Below are positions 50,312 through 60,513 of a DNA stretch of 64,000 nt, in pieces. The notes under the pieces are model-generated. The model did no database searches. It was not told where the DNA came from and saw only the letters and a list, made by a program, of their open reading frames with translations. Each line of letters begins with the position of its first letter. Positions within the stretch are counted from its first letter, which is position 1. The stretch comes from an uncultured Gemmatimonadales bacterium. GTDB lineage: Bacteria > Gemmatimonadota > Gemmatimonadetes > Gemmatimonadales > Gemmatimonadaceae. Made by a program: the position numbers and the translations under genes. The stretch covers positions 1,472,001-1,536,000 of the forward strand of contig CAWKMU010000003.1 in NCBI GenBank assembly GCA_963850905.1. Direction: 5' to 3'.

Positions 50312-51186
50312 GCGACCTGCGGCGCCGCGGAGGCCTCGAGCGCTCCAGCCATCACTTCGATGTCATACCCTTCTTTGCGGACGCGAAGGTCGTAGTACAG
50401 CAGCAGGAAGGGGATTTGAACGAACGGAAACAACGTGACGATCACGGTCGCCGATCCGATGCGATTCAGGATCGGATGGCCCATGAGCCTGAGCACTGCG
50501 CCGACGCCGAAGTACAAACCCAGATAGAACAGGTAGGCGAGACCAATGAGTCCCACGACGTGCGCACGCAGGCCTTTCGTGAGCTGCAAGGACCGGCGCA
50601 GCGACGCACGTGCCCCCACTTGCTCGAGGACGAGAACCGGCAGGGCAGCGACGAGCGCCGCCATCGTGTAGGCGAATATGCCGATGGCCAACACCACTGG
50701 GACAGCCACGATCGTCACGCGTGAGATCGCCGGTGGAAGGAGTTGCAACCCCAACGCTACAAAGACGACGCTCGGCAACGCCCAGCACAGTGCGGCGAGC
50801 AGGAAAACGCAGAGCTCCAATACGGAAAGGACGAGGACGGCGGGGAGGCGCTGCACCATGCCGCGCAGCGACGCCGGTAATTGGACGTCGCCGCCACCGT
50901 ACGCGTCGGCCCCCGCCAGTGTGAGCGCGACCCCGAGTGTGGCGTGATACCAGACGACCGACAATGCGGTCCATGCGGTGATCGCGGCCAGTGACATTGG
51001 CGCGACTCGACCGGGCTGCCCGAAGGGGACGAGCGACGGGACGGCAACGGTCTGTACGGCGGCGAAGGGGACGTAAAACAGGGCCGTGAGCGCGACCAGC
51101 GGCCCGTAGTGGCGGCGGACCAGTCGCACGGAGGCGTCAAATATCTCGGTAGCCGAACGGGGCCGAGGGACGCCAGGACTCGACAT
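50308..51186 (-). CDS. Integral membrane protein of the MoxR operon
   Basis: PRSATEIFDASVRLVRRH, SLRRSLQLTKG and LLYYDLRVRKEGYD motifs. Confidence 0.8.
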   Translation of the reverse strand: MSSPGVPRPRSATEIFDASVRLVRRHYGPLVALTALFYVPFAAVQTVAVPSLVPFGQPGRVAPMSLAAITAWTALSVVWYHATLGVALTLAGADAYGGGDVQLPASLRGMVQRLPAVLVLSVLELCVFLLAALCWALPSVVFVALGLQLLPPAISRVTIVAVPVVLAIGIFAYTMAALVAALPVLVLEQVGARASLRRSLQLTKGLRAHVVGLIGLAYLFYLGLYFGVGAVLRLMGHPILNRIGSATVIVTLFPFVQIPFLLLYYDLRVRKEGYDIEVMAGALEASAAPQVA

Positions 51187-51279
51187 CGGTTGGGTAGGCG
51201 ACGCGGGAGAGGAGTTCAGAGACACGGAGCCGAACAACTTCGCACGCGCCGTGCGACTTGGCGAGCGCCGGGTGCTGGG

Positions 51280-51627
51280 CTACGCTCCGAACCGCGCCTC
51301 GCAGTAGTCCCACAGCCAGGAGCCCAGAAGATACCCGACCAGGCCGCACACCACGAAGAGCGCTACGATGCTGAGCCACAGCGGACGGACGCCGGCGACG
51401 GACAGGGGCATCCCCGGCGTCGAGGCACGCACGCGCAGGATGCGGTATGCGGTGGCGAGCGCGCCCGCGGGCAGCCCCCACCCGGCGACTCCGTAGCGCC
51501 ATACGAAGGCGCGGCGTCCCGTCAAGCGCGTCCGCGCCCACCGCGCCTGCGAGTGGGCCAGCGCCTCGGCTACCGGCTTGGTTGTCATCACGCGACCGTC
51601 ACCGTTCCCGTCACTGCTGTTCAACAT
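51280..51627 (-). CDS. Small two-TM hypothetical protein
   Basis: GGGAG RBS; FVWRYGVAGWG motif; two hydrophobic segments. Confidence 0.65.
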   Translation of the reverse strand: MLNSSDGNGDGRVMTTKPVAEALAHSQARWARTRLTGRRAFVWRYGVAGWGLPAGALATAYRILRVRASTPGMPLSVAGVRPLWLSIVALFVVCGLVGYLLGSWLWDYCEARFGA

Positions 51628-51646
51628 CGTCTCCCGCCAGCTGACC

Positions 51647-52825
51647 TCACCGCAGCAACGCTTTGGCGATCGTCTGCAGCTGCATGTTGGACGTACCCTC
51701 GTAGATCGTCCCGATCTTCGCATCGCGATAGAACTTCTCGACCGGGTAGTCGGTGGTGTACCCGTAGCCGCCAAACAACTCGAGACAGACCGACGTCACA
51801 CGCTCACACACCTGCGACGCAAAGAGCTTGGCCATGGCGCCTTCTCGCACGATATCCTGGCCCGCGTCCTTGAGTCGCGCGGCGTTGTAGACCATGAGTC
51901 GCGCTGCCTCGAGCTCGGTAGCCGCTTGGGCGAGCTGGAACTGCACACCCTGAAACTCCGACAGTGCCTTGCCGAACTGCTTACGCTCTTTGATGTACGA
52001 GGTGGCCGCGGCAAGCGCGCCACCCGCGACGCCGATCATCTGAGCGCCGATCCCGATGCGTCCCTCGTTCAGGGTCTCGATCGCGATCTTGTAGCCTTGC
52101 CCGACGGGCCCCAACACGTTCGTGGCGGGGACTTCACACGAGTCCAGAATCAACTCGACGGTGCTCGAGGCCCGGATCCCGAGCTTGTCCTCCTTCTTGC
52201 CGACTCGGAATCCGGGAAACCCTCGCTCAATGACGAACGCCGTGATGCCTTTATAACCGGCGTCAGGGTTGGCGTTGGCAAAGAGCACGAAGATGTCGGC
52301 CTCGGCCCCATTCGTGATCCACATCTTGCGTCCGTTGAGGACGTAGTGGTCGCCGGCGCGCACGGCGGTCGTCTGCATGCCAAACGCATCCGACCCCGAG
52401 CCCGTCTCCGACAAGGCGTACGCACCGACCGTATCGCCCGTCAGCCGCGGCAGATACCGCGCTTTGACGTCATCGCTCCCGTATCGCAGGATCGGGTAGT
52501 TGACGAGCGTGTTCTGCACATCGACCACGATCGCTGCCGACGCGTCGACCCGACTGACAGTCTCGACGGCAAGCGCCACCATCATGAGCGACCCACCCGA
52601 GCCGCCATACTGCTCCGGCACTTCGATCCCCATGAGGCCCAGGGAGTAGAAGTGTGGGATCAGTGTTGGGTCGATCCGGCCCGCACGCTCCATCTCCTTC
52701 ACCCGCGGTCGCACTTCATGCTCCGCGAAATCGGCTATCGCATCGCGAAACAGGGACTCTTCGTCGGAGAGCGCGGTGAGCGGGCCTGGGCGGCTGTTCA
52801 CAACGGCGGCGATCTCGGAGGACAT
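51647..52825 (-). CDS. Acyl-CoA dehydrogenase (short/branched-chain-like)
   Basis: ALSETGSGSDA, LNGRKMWITN, EDKLGIRASST and IYEGTSNMQ motifs. Confidence 0.95.
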   Translation of the reverse strand: MSSEIAAVVNSRPGPLTALSDEESLFRDAIADFAEHEVRPRVKEMERAGRIDPTLIPHFYSLGLMGIEVPEQYGGSGGSLMMVALAVETVSRVDASAAIVVDVQNTLVNYPILRYGSDDVKARYLPRLTGDTVGAYALSETGSGSDAFGMQTTAVRAGDHYVLNGRKMWITNGAEADIFVLFANANPDAGYKGITAFVIERGFPGFRVGKKEDKLGIRASSTVELILDSCEVPATNVLGPVGQGYKIAIETLNEGRIGIGAQMIGVAGGALAAATSYIKERKQFGKALSEFQGVQFQLAQAATELEAARLMVYNAARLKDAGQDIVREGAMAKLFASQVCERVTSVCLELFGGYGYTTDYPVEKFYRDAKIGTIYEGTSNMQLQTIAKALLR

Positions 52826-52866
52826 GGGGGGGAATCTAACGGTGCCACTCGGGGGGTTATACAGCG

Positions 52867-52987
52867 GGGGTCTGGGGTTTGGGGTCTGGGGTTCGGGGTA
52901 CCAGCAACAAAACCGAGGGCCACTCACTGTGCGCTGTGAGTGGCCCTCGTGTCGTTGTCGTTACCCCAGACCCCAAACCCCAGACCC
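52867..52987. repeat. Heptamer-armed palindromic element, type B (GGGGTYT arms), copy B1
   Basis: 4x GGGGTYY, core CGAGGGCCACTCAC-N8-GTGAGTGGCCCTCG, then ARACCCC arm. Confidence 0.9.
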
Positions 52988-52998
52988 GTCGTAGGCCC

Positions 52999-53541
52999 CT
53001 ACTTCGCCCAATCTACCGACTGCACGGACGCGTCGATGCGGTCTTCGAGGACCGAGAGCGCAGCGGGCGGGAAGGGAGAACCCTCTTCGTGCGTGACCGT
53101 CTTGAGCTTTTCGCCCAGGCGGAACGTTGTCGTCGCGATCGGACTCGCGCTCAGACCCGGCGGATACTTGGGCGAGAGCGAGTCGTACCCAATGCGGCGA
53201 AACTCGGCCACGAGACCATCCACGGTCGAGCGCGGGAGATGGGCGTACCAACGACCGGCCTTGCTGACATTGGCCACACCGTCGTACACCACCTGGCCGT
53301 CTTCAAAGAATGAAAGCTTGTACTCCGCGCACTGGCCATGACAGGCCGATCGCTCGAGCGTGATCACCGGCTGCACGGGCGGATCACCCGCGGCAGTCCG
53401 GCCATTGGACCCCGTCGAGGCGTGATGCGCCTGCGCGTACGCCACGCCGGGCATCGCGAGTATCGCGACGCATGCGCACATGACCACTCCGCCCAGCAAC
53501 CCGCCGGCGAGGGTCGCCATCCATCTCGCACCACGTACCAT
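52999..53541 (-). CDS. Secreted DUF6438-like protein
   Basis: Signal peptide; ITLERSACHGQCAEYKLSFFEDGQVVYDG motif. Confidence 0.7.
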   Translation of the reverse strand: MVRGARWMATLAGGLLGGVVMCACVAILAMPGVAYAQAHHASTGSNGRTAAGDPPVQPVITLERSACHGQCAEYKLSFFEDGQVVYDGVANVSKAGRWYAHLPRSTVDGLVAEFRRIGYDSLSPKYPPGLSASPIATTTFRLGEKLKTVTHEEGSPFPPAALSVLEDRIDASVQSVDWAK

Positions 53542-53593
53542 CCTGAGCTCTCCGAAGGCTCCGAGGACGGGGGGACCCACCGGTCCCCCTCCG

Positions 53594-54109
53594 TCATTCT
53601 GACGAAGACCCCGGGCTGGAGATAACGGCCGAGCCCGCATCGGCTTCCCGTGCCGGGCACGCATCCCCGCAGCGGCAGTCGGGCATCCCCCCGTCTCCGG
53701 CCTCGCCCCAGCAGGCGGAGCCGCCGTCAGCGGCAGGCGGCCGGGCAGGCGCGAGCCCAGCTCGGCTCAAGACGACCGCCGCCAGCATCTCATGGACCCC
53801 AAACGCCGGTGTGACCCGGAACCGCACCCCCGGGTGTGCCGCCGCTGCCTCCCCAATCATGCGCGGGATGTCCCGCGTCGAGTGCCGACCCGGCGACAGC
53901 ATATAAGGAAACGCGATCACCTCGTCCGCCCCGGCCGCGACACAGTCCGCGAAGCCCCGGGCGATCGACGGCTCAGCCAACTCCATGTGCGCGTGCCGCA
54001 CGATAACCCCGCCCCCCACCATGTCCTGCACCAGGTTGGTGACGCAGGCCAGCATGTCGTTGGCGGTGTCGAGCTTGGAGCCGTGGTCGATGAGGAGGAG
54101 GGAAAGCAC
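53594..54109 (-). CDS. cbiX: CbiX/SirB-family chelatase (short form)
   Basis: LLIDHGS, AHMELAEPSI and PYMLSPGRHSTRDIP motifs. Confidence 0.82.
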   Translation of the reverse strand: MLSLLLIDHGSKLDTANDMLACVTNLVQDMVGGGVIVRHAHMELAEPSIARGFADCVAAGADEVIAFPYMLSPGRHSTRDIPRMIGEAAAAHPGVRFRVTPAFGVHEMLAAVVLSRAGLAPARPPAADGGSACWGEAGDGGMPDCRCGDACPAREADAGSAVISSPGSSSE

Positions 54110-54117
54110 GAAACGGC

Positions 54118-54223
54118 GGGATCAGGGGTCAGGGATCAGGGGTCAGGGGACCACAACGACCAACTTACCGGGGGTGTAGCGGTCGTTGCAGTTCCCGACC
54201 CCTGACCCCCGACCCCTGATCCC
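54118..54223. repeat. Heptamer-armed palindromic element, type C (GGGRTCA arms), copy C1
   Basis: 4x GGGRTCA, CAACGACC...GGTCGTTG, then a TGAYCCC-like arm; fills the yitJ-cbiX spacer. Confidence 0.88.
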
Positions 54224-54227
54224 GCCC

Positions 54228-56281
54228 TTAAGCCCCCACCCCAATCGTCTGCAACGCCAACTCGACCTTGCCGAACGGCGCCGACACCTGCACTCCCTGC
54301 ACCGAGGCGCGCACCCGTTCCAGCATCTCGCGGGCGATCGCGATACCTTCGGCCACGGCGTGCTCCTTGGAGCGGTCGTTGGCGCGACGCATGCGCTCGA
54401 TCACACTGCGTCGGAACGGCCACACCGGGCACCTCGTTGGCCAGGAACTCCGCGTTTCGCACCGAGACCAGAGGCCAGATCCCCGCCACGATCGGGATGT
54501 GGACGTCCAGCGACATCTCGAGGAACCGTTCCAGTTGCGCCACGTCGAACACCGGCTGGGTCACCGCGAACTCGGCCCCCGCTTCCACCTTCCACTCGAA
54601 CCGGCGAAGCTCGTGGGCGCGGTCCACGGCAGCGGGATTGACGCCGACGCCCGATGACGAAGCGTGTCGGCGCGCCGATCTCGTTGCCGCCGGGATCCAG
54701 GCCGTGATTGAGCCGCGACACGAGATTCGTGAGACCGATCGCGTCGATGTCGAAGACCGCCGTCGCGTCGGGATAGGGGCCCATCTTGGGTGGGTCGCCC
54801 GTCACGAGCAACAGATTCCGCAGCCCCATCGCGGACGCGCCGAGCAGATCGCTCAGCATCCCCAGGAGATTGCGGTCGCGGCAGCAATAGTGCGTCACGG
54901 TCTCGATCCCGACCTGTTGCTGAATGAGGATGCTGACGAGCACCGCGCTCATCCGGCTCTGCGCCCGGGGTCCGTCGGGCACGTTGACCGCGTCGACGCC
55001 GGCCCGGCGCAATGCGGTCACCTCCTGCACCATGCGCACGGGATCCACGCCACGCGGGGGCACGATTTCCACCGACGTCACGAATTCGCCAGCGGCCAGC
55101 TTCGCCGCCCACCTCGAGCGCTCGGCGAACGCGACGGGCGCCACGCCCGGCTGTGCGACGGAGATGCCGCCATCCGTGCCGGTTGCGGTGCGCGCATGCA
55201 CGCGCGAGAGGCGCCCGCCGCCGGCAGATTGCAACACGGTCGCATGCGTCGTCGCGTCGGCGGCCCCGTCGGAGTCTGGCACCCCATGATGCCGGGGGGC
55301 GAGGGGACGCACGCCGGCCGCCATCGCGTGGATGTGCTCGGGCGTCGTCCCGCAGCATCCGCCGACGATCTTGGCGCCCGCTTGCACGAGGTGCCGAGCG
55401 TACGTCGCCATGTACTCGGGGCTCGCCATGTACATGCTGCGGCCGCCGACTTCGCGCGGCATTCCAGCATTCGGCTGAGCGGACAGCTTGCGCCGGGTCT
55501 CCGGGACCATGCGCTCGATCGCGTCGAGAATCGCTTGGGGACCCACGGAGCAATTGAGTCCAATGACATCGGCGCCGAATCGGTCGAGTGCGCGCGCGAC
55601 CTCCTCGGGTGGCACGCCGTACGGCGTTCGGCCATCGACCCCGATCGTCATTTGCGCGATGACCGGCATTGCCGGATCGACGTCGCGGGCTGCACGAATG
55701 GCCTGCTCCATCTCGTCCAGATCGGCGAACGTCTCGATGACGAAGCAATCGGCGCCGCCGTCTGCCAGCGCCTGCATCTGCTCGCGAAACATCGCCCGCG
55801 CCTCGTCTCGGCTCGTGGGACCGTAGGGCTCGATCCGAATCCCGAGTGGACCGACGGCGCCCGCGACGAGCCGCCGGTCACCGGCCGCTGCGCGTGCGAT
55901 CTGCGCCGCGCGTCGATTGAGCTCGACGACCTGCGATTCGAGGCCGTACTGTGTGAGCTTGACGCGGTTCGCGCCGAAGCTGTTGGTCTCCAACACCTCG
56001 GCGCCGGCGCGCGCGTAGGCATCATGCACCGCTCGCACCAGCTCGGGCGATCGGGCATTCAGCTCGTCGTAGCACTGGTTGATGAACACGCCCTTGGCAT
56101 AGAGCATGGTCCCCATCGCGCCGTCGAAGACGATGACGCGCTCGGGGTCGACCAGCCGTGCTAGCAGGTCCGCGCGAACGCGCGACGCAAGCGTCGTCCC
56201 TACAGTCGATGCGCCAGTTCCGGGGGTAGTCCCGATCTGCGCGTCGGCGGGCGACGCTTGCGCCGCCTCTACAGAGGTCAT
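54228..56281 (-). CDS. yitJ: Bifunctional homocysteine S-methyltransferase/5,10-methylenetetrahydrofolate reductase (YitJ-like); apparent +1 frameshifts near 54651 and 54410
   Basis: DGAMGT, GLNCSVGP and GGCCGTTPEHI motifs; HYCCRDRNL and VTGDPPK; continues in ORF 54136-54627 (KVEAGAEFAVTQPVFD) and 54228-54425 (GVQVSAPFG). Confidence 0.9.
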
Positions 56282-59200
56282 GCGGCCGCCTCCACGCCCC
56301 CGGCTTCACCGCGCACCGCGTAGTACTTGGCGTCCGGGTGGTGCACGATGATCGCCGCGGTCGACTGCTCGGGCACGAGCTGTCCAGCACTGGTCAGCGA
56401 CATGCCCAGGGCGTCCGCGACGGGTAGCAGGCGAAAGACCGTGGTGTGGTCGTCGAGATCGGGGCACGCGCCGTACCCCCACGAGTAGCGCTTCCCCTGC
56501 CGATGGGGCGAGCCCCCATTCGCGACGGATTCGACGATGCATCCATTCCGCGACCGCTTCAGCCGCCTCGACCGCCAGGCCGTGCACGTAGTACGCCTCC
56601 GTGTACTCGCCAGCATGCTGCAGCACGTCGAACCGCGCGGCAGCTGCATCGCCGACAGTCACGACCTGCAGCGCGACGACATCGACCTCGCCCGAATCCG
56701 ACCGATCGGAAGTAGTCCGCGATGCACAGACCGCTCGCGACCGACCTGGCGGGGAAAGTGGAAGCGGGCGATCTCGCGCAGGGCGCCGCCGTCGCTCTCG
56801 TATGCCGCCGGATCGTAGACGACCAGGTCGTTGCCCTGCGACTGCACGGGGAACGCCCCGTAGACGGCTTGCGGCACGAGCCAGCGGTCGCGCGCGGCTT
56901 CGGCGCTGAGCCGGCGCGAGCGTCGGGCTGAACTCCTCCTGCACGGTGCGGTCGAATGCGGGCCCAGAGCCACGGCCGCCCCATTGCAGACGGAACAACT
57001 CGTCGAGGTCGAGGAGTGAGAGCACCTCGTCGAGCGGGATGTCGCGGAGGACGCGCGCGCCGAAGAAGGGGGCGCGGGGCACGGGGACGTCGGTGCGCAC
57101 GCCGCTGCGTTCTCCGCCGGCGATGCCCGCGGCGACGTCCTTGCCGACGGTCGCGTGCAGGAACACGTCGCGCCGTGCGGCATCGATCGCGTCCGCGAGA
57201 ACCCCCGCCCGACGGTCGGGATCCATGAGCTGGTCCATCATGGCCAGCCCTTCGAACGCGTCCTTGCAGTAGAACACACCCGCGGCGTACGGCACGCTCG
57301 CCGTCGACGAACAGCGCCCGCCGGCCAAAGCGACGGTTGATCGCGGCGCCGCCGATGAGGACCGGATATGCCAGTCCCCGCTTGTCGAGCTCCTGAACGC
57401 AGAGCGGCATCTGCTTCGACGTCGACACGAGTAGCGCCGACAGCCCGATCGCGTCGGCACCAACCTCTTCGGCTTTCTCGATGATCGTGTTGACCGGCAC
57501 CTGCTTGCCGAGGTCGTACACCGTATAGCCGTTGTTCGCGAGAATCGTGTTGACGAGCGACTTCCCGATGTCGTGGACGTCGCCGTACACGGTCGCCAGA
57601 ACGACCTTGCCCTTGGTGTAATCCGCCGACCGCTCGAGGAACTGCTCCAGATGCCGCACGGCGCGCTTCATGACTTCGGCGCTCTGCAGCACAAATGGCA
57701 GGATGAGCTCACCCGCGCCGAACTTGTCGCCCACCTCTTTCATCGCGGGCAGCAGCACGTCGTTGAGCACCCGAACCGGCTGCTCGCGAACGCCGGCTGC
57801 GTCCAGCAGCGCCTCGATGCCTTCTTTCTTGCGGTGCACGACCGCCCAGTGGATGCGCTGGTCCGCGGTCATGCCCGCCGTCGGATCGGCGGCGCCGTCG
57901 CCGGTCGCGCCGCGCCGGCTCTCGGTCCCCGCGCTGGCGAAGTGCTCGATGAAGCGCTGCAGCGCATCGGCCCTCCGGTTGAAGACCAGGTCGTCGGCCA
58001 GGGCGCGCTCGGTCGCATCGACTTCGGCGTACGGACGGATGTGGGCGGGATTGACGATCGCCGCGTCCAGTCCGGCGGAGACGCAGTGGTGCAGGAAGAC
58101 CGAGTTGAGGACCGCGCGGGCCTCGCTCGTGAGGCCGAAGCTCACATTCGAGACGCCGAGGATCGTGAACACACCAGGGAGCTCGCGCTTGATCAGGCGG
58201 ATCCCTTCGATCGTCTCAGTGGCCGAGTCGATCCACTCGGCCTCGCCGGTCGCGAGGGTGAAGGTGAGCGCGTCGAAGATGAGGTCGGACGAGGTCAGGC
58301 CGAACTCGTGGGTCGCGATGTCATGGATGCGGCGGGCGATCTCGAGCTTGCGGTCGCGGGTGCGAGCCATCCCTTGCTCATCGATCGTGAGCGCGACGAC
58401 GGCTGCGCCATGCCGGCGAACGAGCGGCAGCACGTCCTCGATCCGCTTGCGGCCATTCTCCATGTTGATGGAGTTGACGATGCCGCGGCCCGGCAGGTGG
58501 GCGAGCGCGGCCGCGATGACGGACGGCTCGGTCGAGTCAATGACGAGCGGCGTGTCGACGCTCATCGACAGCAACTTCACGACACGCGCCATCTGCTCGG
58601 CTTCGTCCCCACGCTCCGTGAGCGCGACGCACACATCCAGCACATGCGCGCCCGATTCGGCTTGCTCGCGGGCGACCCGTACGATGCCATCGTAGTCATC
58701 CGCGAGCAGGAGCCGTTTGACCGCGCGCGAGCCCTGTGCGTTGACACGCTCACCGACGAGGAGCGGCGGTGGGTCCTGGTGCAGCGTGATGGCGCGCATC
58801 GCGCTCGAGACACGGGCGACACTCGTCGCACGCCGGCGATCCATGGCGACCGCGCGAGCGCCATTGCCCAGGGGGCGGATGGCCTGCACGACCGCCTGGA
58901 GGTGCTCGGGCGTGGTGCCACAACAGCCGCCGACGATGCGCACGCCGAAGTCGCGCACGAACTCGGAGAGCGCCGTAGCGAGTGGCGCCGGCTCGAGCGG
59001 ATAGACCGCGTCGCCCGTCCCCGTGTTGAGCGGGAGTCCCGCATTGGGGATCACGGAGATGGGACGCGTCGCGTGTTCCGTCAGATAGCGGACTGGTTCC
59101 CGCATGTGCTCGGGCCCCGTCGAGCAGTTGAGGCCGACGATGTCGACGCGAAGCCCCTCGAGCGTCGTGAGCGCACTGGCGACATCGGTGCCGAGCAGCA

Positions 59201-59813
59201 TGCGGCCGCTCGTGTCCAGCGTCACCTGTGCTTGCACGGGCACACGATGCCCGAGCTCGGCGAAGAGGCGCTCGAATCCCGCGATCGCCGCCTTCACCTC
59301 GAGAATGTCCTGCGCCGTTTCCACGAGGAGGACGTCGACGCCCCCTTCGACGAGCGCTTTGGCCTGGGCGTAGAAGTTGTCAGCGAGTGCGTCAAACGTG
59401 ATGGCGCCGAGCACCGGGTCATCGCTCGACGGCAGCATCCCGGTTGGGCCGATCGAGCCTGCGACGAATCGCGGGTGGTCGCTCGAGGCGTGCGCGTCGC
59501 ACGCGGCGCGCGCGAGCCGGGCCGCGGCGACATTGAGCTCGTGTATCCGGTCGCCGATGCCCCATTCGGCCAGCCGCCTCGGAGTGGATTGGAAGGTGCA
59601 CGTTTCGACGACATCGCAGCCGACCGCGAGAAACGACTCATGGATGCCGCGGATGACGTCTGGCCGCGTCAGGACCAGATGGTCGTTACACCCCTCGAGC
59701 GACTTGCCGCCGAAATCGGCTGCCGAGAGGTGGTGGCGTTGGATGTTGGTTCCCATGGCGCCGTCGTAGATGAGGACGCGATCGGCGAGGGCTTCGAGAT
59801 AGGCGGACGTCAC
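56278..59813 (-). CDS. metH: Cobalamin-dependent methionine synthase; five apparent +1 frameshifts between about 56500 and 57300
   Basis: DGAMGT, GGCCGTT, GERVNAQGS, LGVSNVSFG and B12 motif DVHDIGK; activation domain RYSWGYGACPDL and PEQSTAA, pieced across three frames. Confidence 0.95.
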
Positions 59814-59904
59814 GTCGGCTACACTGCGGGGGTCAGGGGACCACACACGAACGGATTCGGGACTCCGGAACTGCCACAACGAGCGCCAAACACAGCAACG
59901 GCTC

Positions 59905-59939
59905 AAAACAAAAACGCCCGGACGGTCATCCCGCCGGGC
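59905..59939 (-). terminator. Intrinsic terminator (riboswitch expression platform)
   Basis: Minus strand GCCCGG-CGG-GATGA-CCG-T-CCGGGC followed by GTTTTTGTTTT. Confidence 0.8.
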
Positions 59940-59944
59940 TCTGG

Positions 59945-59996
59945 CGGTTTAGCGGAATGTTTTACGTGGCCGCAAGTTGCCGTAAATCGCCACGAG
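59945..59996 (-). ncRNA. SAM-II (SAM_alpha-like) riboswitch
   Basis: Minus strand CGTGGCGATTTACGGCAACTTGCGGCCACGTAAAACATTCCGCTAAACCG has the SAM-II pattern (P1 CGUGG/CCACG, GAUUU, UUGC, GCUAAA) and lies upstream of metH. Confidence 0.85.
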
Positions 59997-60057
59997 TACA
60001 GTTGTGTCTCACAATCTAGCGCCGCGTCAGCCAGCACTCAACGGCGGATCGAAAGGC

Positions 60058-60156
60058 GGGGTCAGGGATCAGGGGAACAAACTGTAAGCCGGATCTACGT
60101 CACAATGCCTCTCGCGGGCAGTGAGTTCCCTGGTCCCTAGCCCCTGATCCCTGACC
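60058..60156. repeat. Heptamer-armed palindromic element, type C, copy C2
   Basis: GGGGTCA GGGATCA GGGGAAC...GTTCCC TGGTCCC TAGCCCC TGATCCC TGACC. Confidence 0.82.
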
Positions 60157-60397
60157 ACGCCTTTTTGTCCTACCTCGGACTCGCCGCCTAGCGCTGTCTG
60201 ATATCTGCCCTGGCAGCCTCTACCGTACGGGTGTACGCTGGGTTCGACGGCGTGGGCGGCGGGGGACCGAGTGACTCGGCTGGCGCCCGGAACGCTGGTG
60301 CCGAGCAAGCTCGGCTCCCGACCGCGCCGTCAATCGTCTGCTGTGTAGGAGTGGGGCGTGCCTCGCCCCGTGTCTCGCGTGGCCCTCCGTTCGGGGC

Positions 60398-60497
60398 TGC
60401 GATAAAGGCAAACCCGGCGAAAGCCGGCGACGCAAAGCTACGAGGCTACCGTGTGTGCCTGGTCGACGCGCACACCATGCCAGTCGAGCCGCCGAAC
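60398..60497 (+). ncRNA. c-di-GMP-I (GEMM) riboswitch
   Basis: GGCAAACCCGGC-GAAA-GCCGGCGACGCAAAGC P2 signature; P3 with tetraloop-receptor-like GGCTAC...ATGCC; 3' GCCGCCG. Confidence 0.92.
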
Positions 60498-60513
60498 AGT
60501 TCGAGGAGGGCCA

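Noticed and set aside
45823..51186. MoxR-DUF58-DUF4350-DUF4129 operon as a novel system
   Set aside because: This is a widespread, previously recognised gene arrangement with nothing unusual here apart from the heptamer tract in one spacer.
56278..57300. Programmed frameshifting or a split metH
   Set aside because: There are no slippery sites, and five same-sign shifts in about 800 bp fit sequencing error better.
57573..60140. Long antisense or alternative-frame ORFs (57573-60140, 54437-56164, 12098-13408, 51578-52939, the 5' part of 45149-46756 and similar)
   Set aside because: These are shadow ORFs of real genes in high-GC DNA, with no motifs and Arg/Ala/Pro-biased composition.
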